Shown here: positions 45,734-54,165 of the stretch, in pieces
How positions within the stretch are numbered: position 1 is the first letter of the stretch
How the letters are laid out: every line of letters starts with the position of its first letter
Notes under the pieces: model-generated
Told to the model about the DNA's origin: nothing
Seen by the model: only the letters and a program-made list of their open reading frames with translations
Database searches by the model: none
Made by a program: the position numbers and the translations under genes
Assembly: GCA_043750125.1 (NCBI GenBank)
Contig: JAYVCD010000051.1
Coordinates: 1-54,165, forward strand
DNA: 54,165 nt
Direction: 5' to 3'
Source: Archangiaceae bacterium
GTDB lineage: Bacteria > Myxococcota > Myxococcia > Myxococcales > Myxococcaceae

Positions 45734-47615
45734 GCCCGCGGCAGCGGCACTCGCGTTTTTCTTTTCGGTGGTCGCCAGCGCCGCGGACCTGACCGTCAAT
45801 GTCGTGCCCGCCTACCTTCAGCTGGGCTCCCAACCCGAAGCGCAGGTGGTCATCGCGGGCCCCGAGGATCTCGACGCGCTCTCCTTGAGCGTGAACCACG
45901 GGTCGCTGGGCCCGGCCAGGCGGGTGAGCCCCGGTCGCTTTGTCGCCATCTACCGCGCGCCGGGGCAGACGTTTCCCCGCGTTGCAATCATCGTCGCAGT
46001 CGGAACTTCAAAGGGCGCGCGGATCCAGGCGTGGACCGCGCTTCCGCTGTGGGGCAGCGCGGAAGCGGTGCTGCAGACGCTCCCGAACGCGAACGTCACG
46101 GTTCGCATCGGAGATCGAACCTACGGCCCGTTGAAGGCGGATTCCAAAGGCGTGGGCAAGGTCGCGGTGGTGGTTCCGCCAGGCATCCGGTCGGGATTTT
46201 ACGGACCCAAGGTCCTCGATCTCGGGCTGCCCCGCGTCTCGCTGAACCACCTGGTCCTGGACACTGCCGAGGTCCAGTCCGATCGCGAGCAGGCCGTGAC
46301 CGCACGCTTCTACAGCGTGACCGAAGACGGGAAGCCCCGCAGCGGGCTGGCCCTTCGGGCACGGTCGACTTCGGGGACCCTCACCGACTTCAGGCCAGAG
46401 ACGCCGGGGGTGTATGTCGCCACCTGGAAAGTTCCTGCCAGCGCCCCCGGCGAAGTCGAGCTGTCCGCGTATGCGCCGGCCGACGCGAACAGCACCACGA
46501 CCGCTCGATTGCGGCTGGTGGCGGGCCCGCCCAGCCGGGTCGTGATTGTGGCGAACCCCGGACAATTGGTCGCGGGGACGACCCATCAGACGAGGCTGAC
46601 CGCCCGGGTGACCGACGGTCGGGGGTACACCAGCACTGCCCCGGTGGCATTCGTCAGCTCACTGGGCGTGATCGGGCCTTCGGAGCTCGATGCGGAAAAC
46701 CATTGGACGGTGACCTTGCTGGCCCCCAGAGGCTTCGGCGGCGCGTCGTCGATCAAAGTGCGGGCCGAGGTTCCGGGGGTTGCCCCCGCGCAGGTAGAAG
46801 TCTCGGTGCGGCCGGGTCGGGCGCAGCTGATCCAGGTCGAACCCGAACGGCTGCGCCTGGTCAGCGATGGCTCTTCGACGGTGGAAGTCCACGCCCAGTT
46901 GCTGGATGCCGAACGCAACGTGACCGAAGGCACCGTCGCCGCGGTTGTGCCGGTCGGCGAGCTGACCGTGGTTCCCGAAAATTCGTCGCCCGGCGTCCAG
47001 TACCGGTATCGCCCGGCGCGATCGCTTCAGGCCGGTGCCACCGAGCTGCAGTTTTCCTCGAACGGGCTGAGCGTGAAGGTTCCCGTCGAGCTGCTGGCGG
47101 CGCCCTCGCGGCTGAGCTTCGGGCCGAAGGTCGGCTTCTTGACCAACCTGGGAAACGCCAACGCGCTGGCCACCGCGCTCAACCTCGCACTGTGGCTGGG
47201 AGAGCACCTGGGACTGGGCCTCGAGGCCGGCTACCTCTTCGTGGCGCGCAACAGCACACTGACCTCAGGGCCGCTGGCCGGTTCAAGGGTGTTGCTCCGG
47301 GTCCATGCCGTACCGCTGCTGGGGACTTTTTCCTGGCGCGGCCGGCTGTCGAGCTCGGTGCCGTTTCAAGCCACCGCGTCGGGCGGAGCCGTCGTGATCA
47401 GCTCGACCCTCAAAGTCCAGGACCAGCAAGACGTCAAAGAAACCCAGGTGGTGCCTTCGGCGCAGCTGACGGCGAGCGTCGGCTACCAGTTCGGGGGGTG
47501 GGCTCCCTTCCTCGAGGCCGGGGTAAGATGGCTGGGCGACGCGCGAGGAAACAACCTCACCGGTTCGCTCTTCTCGGTCGGGGTTTCAGTGGGGTGCCGG
47601 TTTGATCTTCTCTGA
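45723..47615 (+). CDS. Secreted protein with Ig-like repeats and a C-terminal outer-membrane beta-barrel
   Basis: Signal peptide, beta-rich Ig-like segments, amphipathic strands ending in GCRFDLL. Confidence 0.7.
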   Translation: MRVEPAAAALAFFFSVVASAADLTVNVVPAYLQLGSQPEAQVVIAGPEDLDALSLSVNHGSLGPARRVSPGRFVAIYRAPGQTFPRVAIIVAVGTSKGARIQAWTALPLWGSAEAVLQTLPNANVTVRIGDRTYGPLKADSKGVGKVAVVVPPGIRSGFYGPKVLDLGLPRVSLNHLVLDTAEVQSDREQAVTARFYSVTEDGKPRSGLALRARSTSGTLTDFRPETPGVYVATWKVPASAPGEVELSAYAPADANSTTTARLRLVAGPPSRVVIVANPGQLVAGTTHQTRLTARVTDGRGYTSTAPVAFVSSLGVIGPSELDAENHWTVTLLAPRGFGGASSIKVRAEVPGVAPAQVEVSVRPGRAQLIQVEPERLRLVSDGSSTVEVHAQLLDAERNVTEGTVAAVVPVGELTVVPENSSPGVQYRYRPARSLQAGATELQFSSNGLSVKVPVELLAAPSRLSFGPKVGFLTNLGNANALATALNLALWLGEHLGLGLEAGYLFVARNSTLTSGPLAGSRVLLRVHAVPLLGTFSWRGRLSSSVPFQATASGGAVVISSTLKVQDQQDVKETQVVPSAQLTASVGYQFGGWAPFLEAGVRWLGDARGNNLTGSLFSVGVSVGCRFDLL

Positions 47616-48578
47616 ACGACGCGGCTGGCTTTTGCTGTTGGCCCTCGCTGGCTGTACGTCGTCCGGCAAGCCCGCGGTCGCCCCTTTCCTCACCGATGTG
47701 GATCCAGCGGCGGTCTTCGTCGAGGAAGAGACGCAGGTGCGTCTGACGGGCGAAGCCTTCACTCCCAAAGCGACTGCGCGCTGGGGCGGAACAGTGGGCG
47801 AGGTGCAGCTCGACACGGCGTTCAAGGTCTTCGTGGACGACCAGCAGCTGAACTCAGTCACCTGGGTCGATGCCCAGACGTTGAGCGCGCGGATGCCGAT
47901 CGGACTTCCGCTGGGGAAACACACGGTGCGTATCGTCGACCCCTATGGGGTGTCGACCTCGCGGGCGGACGCGCTCGAAGTCAGGCCACACAAGGGAGCG
48001 ATTCTCACCGCGTCGCTCAGCGTCGAGTCGAGCTCGGTACCCGTGCTCAAAGAAGTGAACGACCACCTCGACGTGACGAACGTTGGAGATTCCCCTGCCG
48101 ATGCGACCGGAGCCGCCCACGCCAACACGTCTGCCGCGCCCTACCCTTCGGTCGGTTGTACGTGGCGCGCAACACCGTCCTGGGCCCCCAGCTGTGGGTC
48201 TGCACCCCGGGCCTCGACGCCTTTTGCGCTCCGTCAGAATGGTCGCTGGTCGCGCCGAACAACGTGGGCGACGGGCAGCTTTCGCAATTCAACAGCCTGG
48301 GCAACCAGACGATCGGGTTGTTGGCGGCCTCGGCCACGACGCTCTTCATCGGGTTCAACAACCCGGCCGGGGTGCAGATTTTCAAGACCACCGCCGCCGT
48401 CCCCGCGAGCCGCACTGACTTCACCGGCACCGCGGGCTGCGTCGCCGGCTCGGCCGGGTGCCAGGGGCTGGGCACCGACGGGCTGGGTGCGCCTGCGGTC
48501 AATCGGCAGATTTTTGACGCCCGGGTGATGACATTTGCACTGTCTTCCTGGCTGTACCTGGTCACGGAAATGGCGTGA
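47602..48578 (+). pseudogene. Lipoprotein with an IPT/TIG-like domain, frameshifted or internally deleted
   Basis: Lipobox LAGC and an Ig-like domain in the 47602 frame; protein-like sequence switches to the 48156-48578 frame (LYVARN...LFIGFNN..GVQIFKT). Confidence 0.55.
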
Positions 48579-48613
48579 GCGGCGTGCAGGTGTGGAGAAT
48601 CGGGGGCTGAGCG

Positions 48614-49324
48614 ATGTTCCACCGCAAGGGCCCCACGCTGGTCGAGCTGCTGAGGCAGGCGCTGTCGTCGACGGACGCCGGCTATGACCTGCTGGCGCCC
48701 AAGTTCGAGTTCACCCCGTTTCGGACTCCCGACATTTTGCTCGAGGCCGCGGCGGCCACGCTGGGCGGCCCGGTCGGGCGGGTGCTCGACCTGTGCTGTG
48801 GAACCGGGGCGGCGATGCGCGCCTTTCGGCCTCACTGCAGCGGGCAGATGGTGGGAATCGATCGCAGCGCAGGGATGCTCGCCCAGGCCCGCACAGAGCT
48901 CGGTTCCCAGCCTGGCGTGCCGTTCTCCACCGTTCAGGGCGACGCGCTCCACCTTCCTTTTCGTCCCAGCTTTGATCTGGTCACCTGCTTCGGGGCGTTC
49001 GGCCACATTCTCGAGCCCGACGAGCCGCGGTTGGTGGCGCAAATTGCCCGCGCGCTGCGCCCGAATGGCCGCTTCCTCTTCATCACCTCGGACGTTCTGC
49101 CGCTGTTCCACCCGGGGCGACTGGCGGCCGAAGGGTTCAACGCGGCGATGAGGCTTCGCAACCTGCTGATCAAGCCTCAGTTCGTCATGTACTACCTCAC
49201 TTTTCTGCTGCCCCGGGCCCGCGCCCTGCTCGAGGCCAAGGGGTTTTCCGTCGAAGCGCCCGAAAACTTGCTGCCCCCCCCGTTTCATGGGCTGCGTTTG
49301 GTCCTCGCCACGCTCACTCGCTGA
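48614..49324 (+). CDS. Class I SAM-dependent methyltransferase
   Basis: VLDLCCGTG, GIDRSAGML, GDALHLPF, LRPNGRF. Confidence 0.9.
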   Translation: MFHRKGPTLVELLRQALSSTDAGYDLLAPKFEFTPFRTPDILLEAAAATLGGPVGRVLDLCCGTGAAMRAFRPHCSGQMVGIDRSAGMLAQARTELGSQPGVPFSTVQGDALHLPFRPSFDLVTCFGAFGHILEPDEPRLVAQIARALRPNGRFLFITSDVLPLFHPGRLAAEGFNAAMRLRNLLIKPQFVMYYLTFLLPRARALLEAKGFSVEAPENLLPPPFHGLRLVLATLTR

Positions 49325-49397
49325 CAATTGCCACGCACCTTTCTTGACGTCCCCCTCGGGCGAGCGGGTGGCACGTTGCGTGCTCAGGTACCCCGGC

Positions 49398-49721
49398 ATG
49401 AACCTCTTCCCCTTCCTCGTCCTCGGCCTGCTGAACGGAATGCTGGTTGGATTGACGGCCGCGCTGGTGGCGCGGGGGCTCGCGCCGGGAAGCGACTCGC
49501 TGCGGTTTCGCGACGCCGCCTTCCTGGGAATGTCGGGTTCGGTCGTCGGGAACATCGTCGCGACGATCATCAACTCGCAAGACAACTACCTGGCGAACGG
49601 ACCTTCCTCGCTGCTCTTCTCGGTGGTCGGCGCCGCACTCGCGATTGGAGCCGTCAGCCTCGCGCACAGCTCGAGCCGCCCCGCGCATTCTTCGCAGTCG
49701 TTCGGCTCGAACCAGAGCTGA
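49398..49721 (+). CDS. GlsB/YeaQ/YmgE-like small membrane protein
   Basis: Three TM helices; LG..GSVVG and SLLFSVVGA patterns. Confidence 0.7.
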   Translation: MNLFPFLVLGLLNGMLVGLTAALVARGLAPGSDSLRFRDAAFLGMSGSVVGNIVATIINSQDNYLANGPSSLLFSVVGAALAIGAVSLAHSSSRPAHSSQSFGSNQS

Positions 49722-49776
49722 GCCCCCTTCGCGCCAGAGCAGTGAAGATTGAATTGTCGGTGCGGCCCGTCACAAT

Positions 49777-51600
49777 GTGAGCGTGCTGGAGTTCGTCGTC
49801 GGCGACCGCGTGTTGCCCTTTCCCTCAGACACTTTTCTGCTCGGCTCGGGCGCCGGCTGCGCGGTGCGTTTCTCGGGTCTCGAGCCCCGACACGCCGAGG
49901 TCTTCTTCGAAGCCGAGTGCTGGCAGGTGCGCGACATCTCGGGCACCGCGACGCTTCGGGTCGATGGAATGTTGACCCTGGAAGCGAAGATCGAGCACGG
50001 CAGTCAGATAAAACTCGGAGCGCTGATCCTGACGGTGCGGACCCGCCCCCAGGCAGAGCGGGTCGAGGACCAGACGTTCATTCCCACCGGCGGCAGCGTG
50101 CTGGCCAACGGGCTGATGATTGACGGTCGCTACCAGGTGCTGGGGAAGATCGCGGCCGGAGGAATGGGCGCGGTCTACCTGGTCGAGCATCTCGAGCTGA
50201 CCAAGAAATTCGCGATGAAGGTGATGCTGCCCGAGCTGTCCAGAGACCCGGACTTCGTCAGCCGGTTCAAGCGCGAGGCGATGGCGAGCAGTCGAATCGG
50301 GCACCAGAACATCGTCGCGATCTCGGACTTCGGCCGCACCCAGGACGGGCGATTTTACTTCGTGATGGAATACCTCGAGGGCACCACCCTCGCCGAGCTG
50401 GTGCGCAACGAAGGACCTCAACCGGGTGAGCGGGTGATCTCGATTGCCCTTCAGATGGGGCGGGCGCTGGCCACCGCGCATCAGACGGGGATCATTCACC
50501 GCGACTTGAAGCCCGAGAACATCATGCTGACCCAGCAGGTGGGGCGGCCGGACTTCGTGAAGGTGCTCGACTTCGGGGTCGCGAAGGTGAGCTCCGCGGG
50601 CGGTTCGGAAGGAAAGACGGCGATCGGAATGGTGATCGGCACTCCGCAATACATGTCCCCCGAACAGGCCTCGGGGCTGTCGGTCGATGCACGCTCAGAT
50701 GTCTACGCGATGGGCCTCATTCTCTACGAGCTCGTCACCGGGCGGCCGGCGTTCACCGCCCAGACACCTTCGCTGTTGCTGGCCCAGCAGATCCACGCGA
50801 AGCCGCAGCCCTTTGCGCCCGGCCCGCTCGAAGAGACACCCGAGCTCGAAGAGCTGGTGCACGCGATGTTGGCGAAGAAGCCCTCGGGGCGGCCCGATTC
50901 GATGGACGTGGTGCTCGACCGGCTCGAGGCGCTGCCGCTGGGAGGTTCGGCGAAGAAGGGGTCGACGACCCGACTGGCTCCGCCGACGACCCAAGCGCCG
51001 GCGATGACGCTCGTGGCTCCGCAAACCCGGGTCGAGCCGCGCCCCGCGACGACCGACGTGAGCCCGCTGCCCGAGCTCGAAGAGCCCACCCCCGAAGAGC
51101 GGTTCATTCCAGCGCGCTCGCATGGTCTGTGGGTGGTGGTGCTGGCGGTGCTGGTCGGACTCGGGGGCGGCTACGCGTGGATGTCGCTGCGCCCCACCGC
51201 GGCTCCGACTGTCATTGCGCAGCGGCCGACAGCGGTGAAGCCGGTTCCCGTCGCGCCCGCGGGGGTGGCGAAGGTCGACGTTCCCGCGGTGTTTCCGGTG
51301 ATGGCGGCCCTGACCTTTGACACTCAGCCCGCGGGGGCCGAGGTCTACGACGGCGATTTTCTGCTCGGGGTCACTCCATTCACGCTGCAGCGCCAACAGG
51401 GCCAGGTGGTCGAGCTTCGGTTCGTGCTCAAAGATTATCTGCCCCAGCTTCGAAAGGTGCGCTTCGAAGACACGGCGCGGGTGAACATCGAGCTCGAGAA
51501 AAAGCAGCCGGTCGCCGCGCAGCCGGTGGCTCCCCGGCCGCCTCTTAAAGAGAGAGTGAAGAAGCCTTCTTCGTCAGAGCTGAAGGACTTGCCGTTCTGA
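49777..51600 (+). CDS. Ser/Thr protein kinase with N-terminal FHA-like domain, TM helix and PEGA domain
   Basis: GGMGAVY, AMK, HRDLKPEN, DFG, GTPQYMSPEQ; TQPAGAEVY...LGVTP PEGA motif. Confidence 0.95.
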   Translation: MSVLEFVVGDRVLPFPSDTFLLGSGAGCAVRFSGLEPRHAEVFFEAECWQVRDISGTATLRVDGMLTLEAKIEHGSQIKLGALILTVRTRPQAERVEDQTFIPTGGSVLANGLMIDGRYQVLGKIAAGGMGAVYLVEHLELTKKFAMKVMLPELSRDPDFVSRFKREAMASSRIGHQNIVAISDFGRTQDGRFYFVMEYLEGTTLAELVRNEGPQPGERVISIALQMGRALATAHQTGIIHRDLKPENIMLTQQVGRPDFVKVLDFGVAKVSSAGGSEGKTAIGMVIGTPQYMSPEQASGLSVDARSDVYAMGLILYELVTGRPAFTAQTPSLLLAQQIHAKPQPFAPGPLEETPELEELVHAMLAKKPSGRPDSMDVVLDRLEALPLGGSAKKGSTTRLAPPTTQAPAMTLVAPQTRVEPRPATTDVSPLPELEEPTPEERFIPARSHGLWVVVLAVLVGLGGGYAWMSLRPTAAPTVIAQRPTAVKPVPVAPAGVAKVDVPAVFPVMAALTFDTQPAGAEVYDGDFLLGVTPFTLQRQQGQVVELRFVLKDYLPQLRKVRFEDTARVNIELEKKQPVAAQPVAPRPPLKERVKKPSSSELKDLPF

Positions 51601-51646
51601 CCACTTCTTGACCCGCGGCCCGGCATCGTCGAATCTGTTTGGGCAG

Positions 51647-52057
51647 ATGCGTCTTTCGAGCTCCAGCAGTCGCCGTCGGGTCCTGGGGGTCATCGCGCTC
51701 GCGACCCTCTTCGTCGCAGCCCAGGCCTCGAGCTTCACCCACCGACTTCTGGTGCAGCACGCCGTCTGCGCCGAGCATGGCGAGCTGGTTCATCTCGAAG
51801 GTGGCCACGCTGCGGCGCTGGCGGCATCGGCCGTCGACCGGGAAGTTTCAGCCGCCCCCAGCCCGACCAAAGACCACGATCACGAGCACTGCCTGGTCAC
51901 CCTTCCCCGGCGCGAAGACTTCTTCGTTCAGGTGCCTGCGGCCGTCGTCGTCCTTCGCCCGATTTCGCTGCCGATCTTCGACCGGGATTGGGCCGACTGT
52001 GCGGTGACGAGCCTCGAGCTGCTGTTGCGCGCCCCGAAGAGCTCGCCGCCCGCGTAG
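51647..52057 (+). CDS. His/Cys-rich DUF2946-like protein, possible metal-responsive leader ORF
   Basis: N-terminal hydrophobic helix, HAVCAEHGELVH, DHDHEHC, C-terminal RAPKSSPPA. Confidence 0.65.
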   Translation: MRLSSSSSRRRVLGVIALATLFVAAQASSFTHRLLVQHAVCAEHGELVHLEGGHAAALAASAVDREVSAAPSPTKDHDHEHCLVTLPRREDFFVQVPAAVVVLRPISLPIFDRDWADCAVTSLELLLRAPKSSPPA

Positions 52058-52167
52058 TCGTCGCAGGCGTTTTGCTTTTTCATTGAAAACTTTTGCGTGC
52101 GCCCGCCCGGGCCCTCACCGGCCGCGCCGCAACCCCCTTCAAACCCCATTGCTGTGCGGAGCCTGAC

Positions 52168-52950
52168 GTGACGGAACTCCTACGACTGCAGGAAGTGTCG
52201 ATCGGCTATCGCCGAGACAAGCCGCTGCTGCCTCCCATTTCGTTCGCAATTCAGAGCGGAGATTTGGTCGGCATTCTCGGCCCCAACGGCGCGGGGAAGA
52301 GCACGTTCTTGAAGACGCTGCTCGGCCTGATGGACCCGCTCTCGGGCGCGGTGAAGTTTCCTCAAGGGCGGCCGCCGCGGCTTGGGTACGTTCCCCAGGG
52401 CTCGCGTCCAGACTTCGCGTACCCGCTGTCGGTGTTGCAGGTGGCGTTGATGGGTCGCGACTCTCACCTCGGGCTGGTCCGGCGCCCGGGGAAGGCCGAC
52501 CGGGACATCGCGCTGGCGCAGCTGAAGGCCGTCGGGCTCGAGCACCTGGCGGGGAACCCGTTTCGATCGCTCTCGGGAGGACAGCAGCAGCGGGTGTTGG
52601 TCGCGCGGGCGCTGACCTCGCAGCCCGAGCTGCTGGTGCTCGATGAGCCCACGAGCGAGATGGACCCCGCGGCCGAGCATTCACTGTTGTCGTTGGTGAG
52701 CGCGCTGGTCGCCTCGCGCAACATCGCAGTGGTCTTCGTCACCCACGAGATCTCGGCCGCGGCCGGCTTCGCGCGCAGCGTGATCCTCGTCGACACCGTC
52801 AGCCAGTACTTCGAGACCGGCCCCGCGAGCGAGCTCGTCAGCTCACAGAAGATGAGCAAGCTGTACCGACGTCCGGTCGAGGTGCGGCACGAGAACGGGC
52901 GGGTGCTGGTGTGGCTGTCCGCGAACGAGGCCGAGGCGGTGGCGCAATGA
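52168..52950 (+). CDS. znuC: Zn/Mn ABC transporter ATP-binding protein
   Basis: GPNGAGKST, GYVPQ, LSGGQQQRV, LDEPT, VTHE. Confidence 0.9.
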   Translation: MTELLRLQEVSIGYRRDKPLLPPISFAIQSGDLVGILGPNGAGKSTFLKTLLGLMDPLSGAVKFPQGRPPRLGYVPQGSRPDFAYPLSVLQVALMGRDSHLGLVRRPGKADRDIALAQLKAVGLEHLAGNPFRSLSGGQQQRVLVARALTSQPELLVLDEPTSEMDPAAEHSLLSLVSALVASRNIAVVFVTHEISAAAGFARSVILVDTVSQYFETGPASELVSSQKMSKLYRRPVEVRHENGRVLVWLSANEAEAVAQ

Positions 52951-53804
52951 CTTTCTGGGACGCGCGCTTCCTTTGGCAGGAACCGATGATCGCCGCGGTG
53001 ATCGGCGGGGGCGTGCTGGGCTACCTGGGCTTCTTCGTCCTGTTGCGGCGCATCGCCTTCATGAGCGCGGCGCTCAGCCAGGTCTCAGGGCTGGGCGTGG
53101 CTGTCGCCTTCTGGGTCGGCAGCTTCGCGGGCATCGCGCCGCACAGCTCGGCTCCGTGGTGGGCGTCGCCGGGCACGTATGCCTACGCCTTCGCCGGGCT
53201 GGGCGCCGCCTTGATGGCGCTGCCGGCCCGATCGCGGCGGGTGACGCCCGAGAGCGTGGTCGCGTTGGCGTACCTGGCCTCGAGCGCCTACGTGATGGTG
53301 GTCCTCTCGAGCCAGCGAATCGCGCAAGAGGCCCACGAAGTGACCGACCTGCTGTTCGGCAACGCGGTGGTGGTGCGTCGCGACGACCTGATCGAGCTGG
53401 GCCTGGCCGCGGTGCTGACGATTCTTCTTCATTCGTTGCTGTTCAAAGCATTCTTGTTCAGCTCATTCGACCCCGACACCGCGCGTGTCTCTGGAATGCC
53501 GGTGAAGCGGTTGGACCTGCTGCTGCACGTCTCGCTCGCGCTGTGCATCGCCGTCGCCACCCGTGCGCTGGGAGCGTTGCCGGTGTTCTCGTTTCTGGTT
53601 CTACCCGCCGGCGCGGCGCTGTTGTTCTCCGAGCGGCTGAAGGTGGTGCTCGTGCTGTGTGTGGCGATTGGGATTTTCTGCGGAGCGGTCGGCTACTACT
53701 TGTCGTGGACGCTCTCGCTGCCCACCGGGTCAGTGATGGTGGGGGTCGCCGTTCTGTTTTGGGGCGCGGCTGGAATCAAGCGACTGATCGAAAGGAGGTC
53801 CTGA
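52947..53804 (+). CDS. znuB: Zn/Mn ABC transporter permease
   Basis: LG.FVLLRRIAF..AALSQ, LLFG, SFDPDTA, LPTG; 4-bp overlap with the ATPase gene. Confidence 0.9.
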   Translation: MTFWDARFLWQEPMIAAVIGGGVLGYLGFFVLLRRIAFMSAALSQVSGLGVAVAFWVGSFAGIAPHSSAPWWASPGTYAYAFAGLGAALMALPARSRRVTPESVVALAYLASSAYVMVVLSSQRIAQEAHEVTDLLFGNAVVVRRDDLIELGLAAVLTILLHSLLFKAFLFSSFDPDTARVSGMPVKRLDLLLHVSLALCIAVATRALGALPVFSFLVLPAGAALLFSERLKVVLVLCVAIGIFCGAVGYYLSWTLSLPTGSVMVGVAVLFWGAAGIKRLIERRS

Positions 53805-53806
53805 AA

Positions 53807-53872
53807 ATGAATCGAACCTGGGCAGTTGGGGTTGTGCAGCGCAACGGTAATGCGGCGGGTCGACGAAATTGA
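53807..53872 (+). pseudogene. 21-codon stub with a strong RBS, possible remnant of the substrate-binding protein gene
   Basis: AAAGGAGG precedes ATG 53807, 2 bp after the permease stop; the ORF ends after 21 aa. Confidence 0.35.
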
Positions 53873-53989
53873 CGCAGCCGCTCAGATAAATCGATCGCAA
53901 GGGGACATTCACCCAATGGGCAGCCGCACTATTGGATTCCTCCGGTGAACGCGGTGCGAATCGCCGGTGCCCCACGCCACGATCAAGAC

Positions 53990-54164
53990 CTACGGTGGCG
54001 GAGCCCTTGGCGATCTCGAACTTTTCCTTCCCCTTCATCACGACGATCACGTCGTCCCGCATCTCGAGGACGTCGCCGGTCACCTGGTAGGACTTCGGCC
54101 CAGCCCAGGCGACAGAAGCAAGCAATCCCAACGTGGCCCCAACGATTTTGGTGAATCGGTTCAT
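53990..54164 (-). pseudogene. Small secreted OB-fold-like protein, apparently truncated
   Basis: Signal peptide then SYQVTGDVLEMRDDVIVVMKGKEKFEIAKG; the rest of the ORF looks non-coding and overlaps znuB. Confidence 0.45.
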
Positions 54165-54165
54165 G

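Overview
High-GC bacterial DNA, most likely Myxococcota (DUF1592/DUF1552 pair, FHA-kinase-PEGA protein, FecR/Ig operon); taxon and all family calls are from motif recognition, not database searches. No rRNA, tRNA, CRISPR array or transposase was recognised. Two systems stand out. (1) 32618-34938: a three-gene RiPP-like operon. A 139-aa Cys-free peptide made of 9 tandem (R/K)PT(P/A)TATRPVxGGG units is followed by an APH-family kinase and a HopA1-family protein, the kinase/lyase pair used as a Ser/Thr dehydratase in class V lanthipeptide and thioamitide pathways. No cyclase, decarboxylase, protease or clear leader is present. (2) about 16.4-30.0 kb: a candidate aminocyclitol (inosamine) cluster with ino1, an IolE-like dehydratase, a close BtrR-like aminotransferase, a second DegT aminotransferase, a NodU/TobZ-type carbamoyltransferase, a methyltransferase, a GH3 ligase, an LPG-synthase-TM protein and an MMPL transporter, suggesting a lipid-linked product. 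Also present: a GT-C-like membrane gene missed by the ORF track, many internally deleted gene remnants (1.7-6.1 kb, 47.6-48.6 kb, 53.8-54.2 kb), an ALDH fusion with a GMC oxidoreductase, head-to-head class III aminotransferase paralogs, a two-component/FecR operon, and a DUF2946-like leader ORF before znuCB.
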